This document shows, one piece after another, positions 1 through 9,233 of a stretch of DNA of 64,000 nt. The notes under the pieces are model-generated. The model made no database searches. It saw only the letters and a program-made list of their open reading frames with translations, and was not told where the DNA came from. This DNA is from Candidatus Poribacteria bacterium (GTDB lineage: Bacteria > Poribacteria > WGA-4E > WGA-3G): NCBI GenBank assembly GCA_965198235.1, contig OZ240248.1:2656001-2720000 (forward strand). Direction: 5' to 3'. Position 1 is the stretch's first letter; each line of letters begins with the position of its first letter. The position numbers and the translations under genes are program-made.

Positions 1-319
1 TATTACGGCGAGCCATAAAGCTGTCTACACAGCCCCCGACACAATCCAAAGCCAAGACTCTCTGATTTGGGATACGTATGAGTGTCCTGCTGGGTCCCTC
101 CTCTTTTTCACGGAGGCGTTGACACATAGTACGCACACGTGGACGAACGAAGAAAACGATCGCCTCGCTATTTTCAGTTGCTACAATACAGTCAATAGCA
201 AGTGGCACGATTGGGATCCACACCCGAAGTTGTTAGCCGAAATGCCTGAGAAGCGGCAGACCCTTTTCCGTCCCGTCCGCGCTGCTAATAACTTAATTGG
301 CGAGGCGTACCGTCATTAG
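1..319 (+). CDS. Phytanoyl-CoA dioxygenase (PhyH)-family protein, 3' part only
   Basis: Frame 2 is open from the window edge: ..ASHKA..CPAGSLLFFTEALTH..W..R; parallels the PhyH paralog at 21844 (GSHK..AGDCVVFTEALYH). Confidence 0.75.
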   Translation, partial: ITASHKAVYTAPDTIQSQDSLIWDTYECPAGSLLFFTEALTHSTHTWTNEENDRLAIFSCYNTVNSKWHDWDPHPKLLAEMPEKRQTLFRPVRAANNLIGEAYRH

Positions 320-444
320 TAGAGGCAGCTCTTGTGGCTGCCCAGAGATGTTAGACTTTTCATATCCTTCTAACTGATAACCGACAGCTATTCTTACAGA
401 TAGCCGACGGCTGATTGCTGACGGCTAATAAAGGAGGCATTTGC

Positions 445-1641
445 ATGCGTCAAATTGGATCAACCCCTGTTACTGCACCCGGTTGGACTGCGAAATCGAA
501 AGACGGGATCGCTATCGTCGATTGTGATGTTCACCACAATTTCCGGCACCCTACGCAATTGTTGCCTTACTTGTCAAAATTCTATCAGGAGCATCTCCTC
601 GATCAAGGGCTACATCTCGGCGGGTATCCGAATATCCCAATTCGTAGCAATCGCGTGGACCTCAAGGGGAGGGTCGAAGAAGCCATCGAATCGACACCCA
701 AGAACTCCGGCGGCGACCCCAGAGATTTTAACTTCACATTAGAGTTCCTCCAAGACGAGCATCTTGATGTTTGGAATATTGATGTCGCCGTGCTTACGGG
801 ACCGCCCCCGTTCTACGGGTATTCTGGACTCCCTGATCCCGATTGGGCGGCTGCGCTCTGCCGCGCCTTTAACGATTGGACAATTGAACATTGGCTTGAT
901 CGCGACGAACGCGTCGTCAATGCCATTCTCGTCTCTCCGTCCGACCCACCCCAAGCCGTAGAAGAGATTAACAGACTCGCACACCGGAAAGACACTGTCG
1001 CTGTTATGGTTCCGATGGGAACAAGTCGTCCCTTTGGCAACCGCTTCTATCATCCTATATGGGAAGCGTGTGAGGCGCACGGATTGCCTGTCGTATCGCA
1101 CATTGGTGGTGGCGGCGGGGCGACCCGGAACACACCAACCCCTGTCGGGCATCCCACCTACTACATGGAATCCCGAATGAGTCGCCCTTATGTTGCTAGT
1201 TCACACGCGACATCTCTGATCTGCGAAGGGGTCTTTGAAAAGTTTCCCAATCTCAAGTTCGCGCTCATTGAAGTACAACAGATGTGGGCGGTGCCGGTGA
1301 TGTGGCATCTCGATACCGATTGGAAAGCACTACGCGACCAGACCCCGTGGCTTAAACGCCTGCCGAGTGAGTACTTCCGTGAACACATACGGATCGGGTC
1401 ACAGCCGATGCACGAGCCTGAAAAACCGGAACAGATGTACCAGATGTTAGAAATGATCCACGCAGATGAAACGTTGATATTCTGCTCAGATTTCCCGCAT
1501 TTCGATTGGAACGATCCGGTGACGGTTTTCCCCAAGCTCCCGGAAGACTTACACTGTCGTATCTTCGCCCAAAACGCCCTCGATATCCTTCGATTGGATT
1601 TGGAAAAAGCCAACGGATCCGCGAATCCAGTAGCAAATTAA
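445..1641 (+). CDS. Amidohydrolase_2-fold metalloenzyme, possibly an AibH/PtmU3-like dinuclear oxygenase
   Basis: DCDVH, AFNDW, HPIWEAC, SDFPHFD motifs; RBS AAGGAGG before ATG 445. Confidence 0.85.
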   Translation: MRQIGSTPVTAPGWTAKSKDGIAIVDCDVHHNFRHPTQLLPYLSKFYQEHLLDQGLHLGGYPNIPIRSNRVDLKGRVEEAIESTPKNSGGDPRDFNFTLEFLQDEHLDVWNIDVAVLTGPPPFYGYSGLPDPDWAAALCRAFNDWTIEHWLDRDERVVNAILVSPSDPPQAVEEINRLAHRKDTVAVMVPMGTSRPFGNRFYHPIWEACEAHGLPVVSHIGGGGGATRNTPTPVGHPTYYMESRMSRPYVASSHATSLICEGVFEKFPNLKFALIEVQQMWAVPVMWHLDTDWKALRDQTPWLKRLPSEYFREHIRIGSQPMHEPEKPEQMYQMLEMIHADETLIFCSDFPHFDWNDPVTVFPKLPEDLHCRIFAQNALDILRLDLEKANGSANPVAN

Positions 1642-1780
1642 CCGGAAACCTGTTTTTTTAAGCTATGGGCACTATGACTGCTCTCCACTTCGTTACGAGC
1701 AGGTTCTTAGTAAAATTCGTGTTCGTTTCTAAAAAGGAATACAGGATACATCAAAACCCAAGCCTGCAACACCGGCGCAG

Positions 1781-1939
1781 GGTTTTTGCTTGGGGTGTTT
1801 TTGCTTGGGGTTTTTGATAGGGCGTTTCTGCGGATTTCTGCGTATTGATAGGGGTTTTTGCTTGGGGTGTTTTTGCTTGGGTATTTCTGCGTATTGATAG
1901 GGTGTTTCTGCGGATTTCTGCGGATTTCTGCGGATTTCT
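1781..1939 (+). repeat. G/T-rich mosaic array of TTTTTGCTTGGG(G), TTGATAGGG and TTTCTGCGGA modules
   Basis: Read directly; the same modules recur at 3372, 15856, 47547 and 48916. Confidence 0.9.
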
Positions 1940-2021
1940 TTTTCCTCAATTTCTTCAACTCGAACACGGAAAACGTTAAAGTCTTAAATCGCGTTACTTA
2001 TCCGCAAGGGAAAATTAAAAT

Positions 2022-2399
2022 ATGGCACGTGTTGTCGTCGGAAAAGTATCGGAGATTCCACCGGGGAAACGCAAGATCATCGTGCCGTTCCGTGGCAAGG
2101 TAGGCATCGGGGTCTTTAACGTTGACGGCACCTTTTACGCTGTCCGTAACATCTGTCCGCACAAGCGCGGACCCCTATGTACAGGTGAACTCACTGGCAG
2201 ATTCGCCGCCGATGCACCGCCTTCAATTCAGGGCGTAATGCTCTCTGTTGACGGTTTGGGCGAGGTGCTACGCTGTCCGTGGCATCAGTGGACATTTGAT
2301 ATTGCTACCGGACAGTGTCTCGTCGATGAGACGTTACGTGTAGCGACTTATCCCGTCAAAATTGACGGTGATGATGTTGTCGTCGAATACGATGGCTAA
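2022..2399 (+). CDS. Rieske [2Fe-2S] ferredoxin
   Basis: CPH and CPWH ligand motifs. Confidence 0.92.
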   Translation: MARVVVGKVSEIPPGKRKIIVPFRGKVGIGVFNVDGTFYAVRNICPHKRGPLCTGELTGRFAADAPPSIQGVMLSVDGLGEVLRCPWHQWTFDIATGQCLVDETLRVATYPVKIDGDDVVVEYDG

Positions 2400-2468
2400 G
2401 TTAATTGAAACCCAAGTTACTACCTAACGAGTATTGTACGTTCAAAGGGAGGTATCAGTTGGCTTTCC

Positions 2469-2546
2469 TACTCCAGCGGAGTAGTATGTCTATAGAATCC
2501 CGGGCGTTGAAATGCATGCACTCCAGCGGAGTGCTATTTCTATAAA
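2469..2546 (+). repeat. REP-like doublet (hairpin followed by ATGTCTATAG tail)
   Basis: TACTCC-AGC-GGAGTA and GCACTCC-AGC-GGAGTGC about 50 bp apart. Confidence 0.8.
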
Positions 2547-2597
2547 AAGGTGACTTAATCTTGCCGAAAGACTCAATATGCCGAAACGGGGGACATA

Positions 2598-3371
2598 ATG
2601 ATTAACAGAATTCCGAAACAAATTTTTATTTTCGCCATTATAGCAACTGTCTTAATGGCTGCAAGCGTGGTACACGCGCGTCAAGCGATTACCGATGGGC
2701 TGGTGAGTTACTGGTCCTTTAATAAAGATACAGTCGCAGGTAAAACGGTTAAAGACATTTTCGGTGCAAGCGATGGAACCATGGATGGGGATGTCGAGGT
2801 CGCTAACGGTAAAGTCGGTGAGGCACTCAAGTTTAGTGGGGGCCATGTTGATTGTGGAGCAGATGAGAGTTTAACCGACATTGGCGATCAGATTACATTG
2901 GAGATGTGGATAAAACCTGAAAAACCTGGTTGGGCGATTATCGCAGGCATATCGAGGTCAGGAAATAATTCCTATGTGATTGCGTGGTCAGACCAAACTC
3001 GGGTTGATTTTAATCTCTGGAACGGTGCCTTGGAAACGTGGCCCTTTCACAGCGTCGGTCAGCCCGACGTAGGTAAATGGCATCACGTCGCTGGTGTCTA
3101 CGACGGTTCCGAAGCCATTATTTATATCAATGGTGAAGTGGATAATGAGAAAAAATTTGAGGGTGCTCTCAAACATAATGGAGAGAACTTTTGGATGGGT
3201 GCCAGAAAATCGGATGGACTTCCTTACAACGGTCTTCTTGACGAACTTCGCCTCTACAACCGCGGTCTCAGTCAAGCGGAGATTGAAAATAACCTTGACG
3301 CGGAAGGACTTGCTGTCGAACCGACCCAGAAATTGGCACTCACCTGGGGCGCAATAAAGGTTTCAAAGTAG
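2598..3371 (+). CDS. Secreted LamG/concanavalin-like domain protein with conserved C-terminal tail
   Basis: Signal peptide, GLVSYWSF, WHHVAGVYDG, LDELRLYNR, LAVEPTQKLALTWGAIK. Confidence 0.9.
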   Translation: MINRIPKQIFIFAIIATVLMAASVVHARQAITDGLVSYWSFNKDTVAGKTVKDIFGASDGTMDGDVEVANGKVGEALKFSGGHVDCGADESLTDIGDQITLEMWIKPEKPGWAIIAGISRSGNNSYVIAWSDQTRVDFNLWNGALETWPFHSVGQPDVGKWHHVAGVYDGSEAIIYINGEVDNEKKFEGALKHNGENFWMGARKSDGLPYNGLLDELRLYNRGLSQAEIENNLDAEGLAVEPTQKLALTWGAIKVSK

Positions 3372-3555
3372 GGGGTTTTTGATAGGGTGTTTCTTTCCGT
3401 TGTGGTTGTCTCCTAAAGACTGCGTTCGTAGGCAGGTAGCAACTCAGGTAGTTAAACATAACCGAAGTATTTTTAATCTGCATCTAACGTTGTCTGTTTC
3501 TGTTTCTCCTGCTGGCGAGTTTGCTAACTTCGTCTCTCAAAGAGAAGGGAATATA

Positions 3556-4059
3556 ATGAACAAGCAACCGCGTTTTTCCATTGAAGAACTGACAGCCGAT
3601 CACTCGGATTGGCAGGACTTCGTTGCGCTCGTCAACGACGTGAACCAAGAAGGGTGGGCGTTTAATCCGTCCTTTGAGCAGTTTTCACGCTACTTTTTGG
3701 TGGCAAAACAGGATGGGACCATCGTCGGATTTCTCATGTTTGTGGTGTGGGACATTGGTCCCCATGATCGCGACCATCCACCTCTTCAGATACATGGAAA
3801 AACGCTGAGAGAGGCGAAAATCCTCGCGTTTGGCGTGAAAGAGGGATACCGACGGCAAGGCATCGGCACCGCACTCCAGGAATATACCATCAAACAAGCG
3901 AAGTTGTTTGACTGCTACCAAGTTCGATCCGTCAGCGGTGAAAATCATCCTGAAAACCATCATCTCAAACTCTCTATGGGGTTTGCCGTAGAACCGATGG
4001 AACGCGATGAAAAGTGTTTAGCGTTTGTGATGCCTCTTAAGTCGATGGACAGGAGATAA
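3556..4059 (+). CDS. GNAT-family N-acetyltransferase
   Basis: Motif A YRRQGIGTAL; start moved to the ATG after GAAGGGA. Confidence 0.85.
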   Translation: MNKQPRFSIEELTADHSDWQDFVALVNDVNQEGWAFNPSFEQFSRYFLVAKQDGTIVGFLMFVVWDIGPHDRDHPPLQIHGKTLREAKILAFGVKEGYRRQGIGTALQEYTIKQAKLFDCYQVRSVSGENHPENHHLKLSMGFAVEPMERDEKCLAFVMPLKSMDRR

Positions 4060-4065
4060 TTTTTC

Positions 4066-4467
4066 GTGAAGGAGTTAACCCACGCTGAAAAACAGCAACT
4101 TGAGGGAAAAATTAAAGAAGAGCAAAAACGGCAACAAACACTTCGAGAAACGAATCCAGACCTACCGGAGTCTTTTGAAAAGGCATCGGCAAAAACGGGG
4201 CTTTTACGAAGAACCGTACCAAATGCTCTCCGAAAATACGGTATGCTCGGGCTTATTCTCTGCCTACTTGTTTTTAACGTGCAGCACCTGCTAAAATGGC
4301 AGGATTTTGCCGATGATGAATACGGAAATCTCGTTATTGCTCTGATGCTACTCTTCAATCACATTGCCTATAATTTCACGAAAACCGGGTGGAAAAGCCG
4401 CGTGATGAAAACGGTTGCATGGATTTGGATAGTCCTTGGATTCGTGTACATCTTTTGGGTGGCTTAG
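4066..4467 (+). CDS. Hypothetical membrane protein (about 3 TM)
   Basis: RBS AGGAG, GTG start, three hydrophobic segments. Confidence 0.7.
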   Translation: MKELTHAEKQQLEGKIKEEQKRQQTLRETNPDLPESFEKASAKTGLLRRTVPNALRKYGMLGLILCLLVFNVQHLLKWQDFADDEYGNLVIALMLLFNHIAYNFTKTGWKSRVMKTVAWIWIVLGFVYIFWVA

Positions 4468-4561
4468 AGACCAGGTTGCTTGATGGATCGTTTTTTACAA
4501 TTTTTCGGGACACGGAAGCGTAATTTTCCTATCAACGAGGAGTCGTGTAATTCGCCACAGG

Positions 4562-4646
4562 CTATGGATTTTGCCGTTGAGCCGATGGAACGTGACGAAC
4601 ACTGTTTAGCATTTGTCATGCCTCTTAAACCAACACAATGGCGATA
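4562..4646 (+). pseudogene. Remnant 3' end of a GNAT paralog
   Basis: 4562-4628 matches 3974-4040 at 57/67 nt; MDFAVEPMERDEHCLAFVMPLK vs MGFAVEPMERDEKCLAFVMPLK. Confidence 0.8.
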
Positions 4647-4667
4647 GGGTTGATTAGAGAAGATATA

Positions 4668-5585
4668 ATGAAGAGCCTCATGTTGATATTAACCACTGTC
4701 TTGACGGCTGGTGACGTTCCGCTCGTGGATGCAGCAGAGCAACTAAAGTCTGGAGCGTATTATATCACGCAGTCGTGGTCGCAGGAGACAGCGTTCAAGC
4801 GACTCTATTATGTCAGCGTCCCTGACTGTACGGACCAGCTAAAGTTTCCAGTTTTCATTTTTTTACATGGTCACGGTGGAAATGCGAAGGCGGCGATGAA
4901 TGAATTTATGAGACGGCACACCACGATGGCGGACAAGTACGTCATGGTGTTTGCCAACGGATACAAGGCAGGTTGGAACATCATGTCGGAGTTTTCCCAG
5001 GCAGACGATCTCGGATTCATTGAAGCGATCGTTAAGAAACTATCCATGTACGGCAACATTCAGAAAGACAATTTCAGCGTCATGAGGAATTCAAATGGTG
5101 CTGCTTTGGTGAACCAGTTGGCGATCGAAAGTAAGCTACCGAACCTTCGGAATTATGTAAGCGCGGTTAGCCCCTTGAATGTCTATCAACACGACGGGAA
5201 GAATTTCAAAGCCAAAGGTGCTGACAACAATTATCAAGTTGTGGCCACACCGATGACCGGCAAGCGTCTAATGAATATTTCGGGCACCACCGACGATCTG
5301 GTCCCTTATCGCGGCGGTCCTTCAAAACACATTCCTGCCAAGGACGGCAAGTTGGGCTTTGTTGACGCTGAGGAATCGGTTTTTCTCTGGGCGAGGCAGA
5401 TGGGATACGACGGAGAGAAGTTGTCCAGACCTATCAGAATCGATGGCAAGTTGGAAGTCTTCAGCTACCTCAACGGTGACGTGATTCACTACAAGGTCGT
5501 CAACGAGGGGCATGGTGCATCGGAGGCGATCAGCGAGAAAATTCTGCTTGAATTCTTGGAAGGCGACGGCAAAAGAGAGAAGTAA
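4668..5585 (+). CDS. Secreted alpha/beta-hydrolase (PHB depolymerase/LpqC-like esterase)
   Basis: FLHGHGG, DDLGFI, xNSNG nucleophile elbow, GTTDDLVPY, GH. Confidence 0.8.
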   Translation: MKSLMLILTTVLTAGDVPLVDAAEQLKSGAYYITQSWSQETAFKRLYYVSVPDCTDQLKFPVFIFLHGHGGNAKAAMNEFMRRHTTMADKYVMVFANGYKAGWNIMSEFSQADDLGFIEAIVKKLSMYGNIQKDNFSVMRNSNGAALVNQLAIESKLPNLRNYVSAVSPLNVYQHDGKNFKAKGADNNYQVVATPMTGKRLMNISGTTDDLVPYRGGPSKHIPAKDGKLGFVDAEESVFLWARQMGYDGEKLSRPIRIDGKLEVFSYLNGDVIHYKVVNEGHGASEAISEKILLEFLEGDGKREK

Positions 5586-6395
5586 ATGATTAAAGCAGTA
5601 TTCTTTGACCTTGATGGTACACTTTGCGACTCCGATACAGCATGGAGCATCGCGCAAAGAGAAACATTTCAGCTTTTACGCGAGCATTATCCAGATGTGT
5701 CGGAAAAGGCTCTTACAGAGGCATGGAGAACGGTCCATCAGGAACTCTTTAAGCAACTCAACGCCGGGAAATGCGCTATGGCAGACGTGAGAGACTCGCG
5801 TTTCCAGTGTCTATTCAGGGAATTAGGTTTAACCGTAGGTAAAAATACAGCAGAGTTGAACGACTTTTTGGGTTCACGCTACCTCACGAGTTTACGTCTT
5901 TACGACGATGTCACCGTTCTTGAGAAGCTACACACGTCCCATGTCGGTATCATTACAAACGGTGCCCACGATGAGCATCCCGACAGTCAACTTTCTAAAG
6001 TCCGACACCTTGGACTCAGCGAACGGATCCAGTCGCTTACAATTTCCGGTGAGGTCGGTGTCAGAAAACCGAAGGTTGAAATCTTCCAAGTAGCTTGTGA
6101 GCGTGCTGGCGTTTCACCGAAAGAGGCTCTGTTCGTCGGCGATACCGTTGAAAATGACATCGTTGGTGCCAACCGTGCGGGCATGACAAGCGTTTTCATC
6201 GACCGAAAATCAGATGTCCTAATACCGAAAAAGAAGAAAACCGAGAGTACCCCAAAAAAGGGGAGGATAGAAGGAATACTGCAAGGACATCGGACGCAGC
6301 AGCTCAGAAGCAATAGATTAAAAATTCCGAAAACAGCGGACGAACGACCAGACTACTCGGTCTCAAATCTACATGATGTTTTGTCCTGCTTGTAG
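5586..6395 (+). CDS. HAD-family hydrolase with a 34-aa in-frame insertion near the C-terminus
   Basis: FDLDGTL, ITNG, KP, VGD...DIVGA. Confidence 0.9.
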   Translation: MIKAVFFDLDGTLCDSDTAWSIAQRETFQLLREHYPDVSEKALTEAWRTVHQELFKQLNAGKCAMADVRDSRFQCLFRELGLTVGKNTAELNDFLGSRYLTSLRLYDDVTVLEKLHTSHVGIITNGAHDEHPDSQLSKVRHLGLSERIQSLTISGEVGVRKPKVEIFQVACERAGVSPKEALFVGDTVENDIVGANRAGMTSVFIDRKSDVLIPKKKKTESTPKKGRIEGILQGHRTQQLRSNRLKIPKTADERPDYSVSNLHDVLSCL

Positions 6396-6430
6396 CACGA
6401 AATAGAAAAAAGAAATAAGAGGAGTTCATA

Positions 6431-7432
6431 ATGGACAAAAATTACAACGTCGCAATAATTGGGTGCGGTGGGATTTCTCACATGCACGCCGGGTGGTATG
6501 TGAATGAACCGAGGGCTTCTCTGACTGCGATTGCCGACATCGACGCAGAACGGATAAAGGCGTATGGTGAACAGTACGGTGTCGAAAAGCAGTATACCGA
6601 TTACATTGAGATGCTCGAGGCGGAAGATATTGATTTGGTTTCCATTTGTACCCGTCCGATACTGCATGCACCGGTCGTGATCGAAACCGCGAAACGGGGT
6701 GTAAGAGGGATTCTTTCAGAAAAGCCGATGGCGGAGAATCTCGGACAGGCACGGGAGATGCTCGAAACCTGTTCAGAGCACGGCGTGAAATTGGCGATTG
6801 ATCACCAGACCCGATTTAGTGCACCCTATGTGCGAGCGAGACAGATGATTGCCGATGGTGTTATCGGCGATCTCTTTCGCATTCACGGTGTTTGTGGCGG
6901 TGGCGACCTGAAGGACAACGCCACGCATACCGTTGACATCATGCGGTTTCTCTACGGCGATCGTCCCGTCACTTGGGTGATCGGTCAGATTGAACGTATT
7001 GACACACCGACCAAATACGATCTGCACTCCGAGGATTTCGCGATTGGTTATTTCAAGTTTGAAGACAACGTTCGAGCAGTTATTGAATCAGGGAGCGACA
7101 CCGCCCCCGGCTATCACCACATCTACTGTTACGGAACGGAAGGCGAAATCGAGCTGGCGGCACCGGGTGGGCCCTCTCTCCGTTACCGAAACACAGCATC
7201 TGGTGGTGCATGGGAGACATCTGAACTACCCCCCGAAATTAGTCCCGTGCAAGACATGATCGCAGCCATTGAAGAGGACCGGGAACACCGCTCCAGTGGT
7301 CATCAAGGATACGCGACTCACGAACTGCTCATGGCGATTTATGAGTCGTCTCGGAAACGGCAGCGGATTCATCTACCCCTTGCAGAGATGGAGTCGCCCC
7401 TAACGTTGATGATTGACGATGGATGGATATAG
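6431..7432 (+). CDS. Gfo/Idh/MocA oxidoreductase
   Basis: IIGCGGIS, EKP, DNATH. Confidence 0.92.
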   Translation: MDKNYNVAIIGCGGISHMHAGWYVNEPRASLTAIADIDAERIKAYGEQYGVEKQYTDYIEMLEAEDIDLVSICTRPILHAPVVIETAKRGVRGILSEKPMAENLGQAREMLETCSEHGVKLAIDHQTRFSAPYVRARQMIADGVIGDLFRIHGVCGGGDLKDNATHTVDIMRFLYGDRPVTWVIGQIERIDTPTKYDLHSEDFAIGYFKFEDNVRAVIESGSDTAPGYHHIYCYGTEGEIELAAPGGPSLRYRNTASGGAWETSELPPEISPVQDMIAAIEEDREHRSSGHQGYATHELLMAIYESSRKRQRIHLPLAEMESPLTLMIDDGWI

Positions 7433-7503
7433 TATAGGACGGACACCTTTCAACCGTAGCGTGTGGATTGTTTGATTGATGCCATCTGACACGAGGAGCC
7501 GAA

Positions 7504-9000
7504 ATGAAAACGTTATTCATTGATGACCATATTGTTGAGGAAATCGACAATCTTGCTCGGAAACTACACCCACTGCAAAAGTTCGACAAAAACGTCGTGC
7601 TTCGGGCTGAACATCGCTGGGAGAACTGCGGCATTATGATGTGGACAACCCCCGCCTGGGTTCCGGATGAAGCGGTTTTCAAGACGCTCTATTACGCCAG
7701 TTCAGAGTCAGACAGTCCAGAGGTCAAGCTCGACGTGACCGGTGCGCCGGTTGGTGGGAAAAGTTTTATCTGCTATGCAACCTCGGAAGACGGTGTGAAC
7801 TGGGAGAAGCCGTCTTTGGGGCTTCACGATTATGATGCCCTCACATGGCGGGGAACTGCGATTGGCACAGAGAACAATATCTTACCTACAGGCGTGCCGC
7901 TGGCACCGATCTACGACCCTCATGACCCTGATGAACAGCGTCGCTACAAAGGAATGGGATGGGGAAAAGGTGGCGGGCTGACACCAGCGATCTCCCCAGA
8001 TTGTCTTCACTGGACATATCTTGATGTGCCATCTGTTCCAAGCTCGGACGAGGCACACTTCGGTTATGACGAGGAGAGTGGTCTGTTTATCGCGACCGTC
8101 AAGCATAGTGGACCCGATGGCAGATCACCTTACGGACGCAGTTTCTGTTTGAGTACCAGTGAGGACTTTGAAAACTGGAATGGGTTGGAACTCATTTTTC
8201 ACGCCGACCAGATTGATCAGGAGAACGGGGAGGAACGGATACGAAAATTCATTGAGGATCCCGATTATCTTACCCCGATATATAACCGTCCTGAGGAATG
8301 GCGCACCGACGTTTACAATTTTCCCGTATTTCGCTATGAAGGGTTGTATCTGGGGCTACCTGTGATGCATCACTGGACGGGGAAACATCCACCGCTGTAC
8401 GAAAACGTGGACAGTCGCAAGTCGGTGGAACTGGCTTCAAGTCGAGATCTACGGCAGTGGGAGCGGGTCGCGAACCGCACGCCATTTATCGAGTTATCAC
8501 CTATAGGGGATGGCAGTGCTTACGATACAGGACAGATCTCGGTCGTCAACGGACCCATCAGACGCAACAATGAATTGTGGTTCTACTATCTCGGAGTTCG
8601 GCACCGCAGCCAGCCGCTGGTGGACGTGATGAACAGGAAATTCCTCGATACTCTCGCCATGTCACTCGCAAAACTCCGCGTTGACGGTTTTGTGTCGCTC
8701 AAAGGTGGGGTTGAATGGGGCTCAGTGCTGACCAAACCGCTTGTTGTGAAAGGCGGCGAACTGCGCGTTAATGTGGACGCTTGGCGCGGTCGGGTTAAGG
8801 TAGAGGTTCTCAATGCCGATAATGGACAGCCTCTCCCAGGGTACACCTTCGACGAAAGTATCCCGGCGATGGTTGATAGTATTGACGAACCGGTGCGTTG
8901 GAAGGAAAAGGCTGACCTCGCTGAACTTCGCGGCAGAACCGTGAGCCTTCGCTTTTCTATACTCGAGGCAGAAATTTATGCCTTCTGGTTCACCGACTGA
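7504..9000 (+). CDS. Five-bladed beta-propeller glycoside hydrolase-like protein
   Basis: Asp-box SEDGVNWEKP, LRVDGF; paralog of 14405..15796. Confidence 0.7.
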   Translation: MKTLFIDDHIVEEIDNLARKLHPLQKFDKNVVLRAEHRWENCGIMMWTTPAWVPDEAVFKTLYYASSESDSPEVKLDVTGAPVGGKSFICYATSEDGVNWEKPSLGLHDYDALTWRGTAIGTENNILPTGVPLAPIYDPHDPDEQRRYKGMGWGKGGGLTPAISPDCLHWTYLDVPSVPSSDEAHFGYDEESGLFIATVKHSGPDGRSPYGRSFCLSTSEDFENWNGLELIFHADQIDQENGEERIRKFIEDPDYLTPIYNRPEEWRTDVYNFPVFRYEGLYLGLPVMHHWTGKHPPLYENVDSRKSVELASSRDLRQWERVANRTPFIELSPIGDGSAYDTGQISVVNGPIRRNNELWFYYLGVRHRSQPLVDVMNRKFLDTLAMSLAKLRVDGFVSLKGGVEWGSVLTKPLVVKGGELRVNVDAWRGRVKVEVLNADNGQPLPGYTFDESIPAMVDSIDEPVRWKEKADLAELRGRTVSLRFSILEAEIYAFWFTD

Positions 9001-9031
9001 ATAACACAATCAAGGTATCGCGCAACCGGTT

Positions 9032-9180
9032 GTAGCGCAAACTGTATGAAGTTTAAGTATTTAAATCGGTAATCTGTCAGGTGCCTCTTTCTGTAGGAGC
9101 GAGCTCTGCTCGCGATCTTTGCTTCGTGGACAAAATATGTAATTACCGAATTAATTTTTTAATCTTCATTTAGTTTGCGC
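9032..9180. mobile_element. Nested element: a REP split by a 124-bp element with ~28-bp terminal inverted repeats that itself contains a REP
   Basis: GTAGCGCAAACTGT | ATGAAG..CGGTAAT .. GTAGGAGCGAGCTCTGCTCGC .. ATTACCG..CTTCAT | TTAGTTTGCGC. Confidence 0.75.
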
Positions 9181-9233
9181 AGGACATCACACAAACAAAC
9201 AGTTTGTGCTACTGCATAAGGAACAACAAAACC

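Noticed and set aside
1707-2103. Short ORFs over the mosaic array
   Set aside because: Low-complexity translations of the repeat.
2469-2546. CRISPR mini-array (also 32372, 34049, 49067)
   Set aside because: Only two non-identical units per site, dispersed in both orientations, and no cas genes; these fit REP doublets.
3974-4628. DGR template/variable repeat pair (also the hsdR start pair)
   Set aside because: Mismatches are not adenine-specific and no reverse transcriptase is present.
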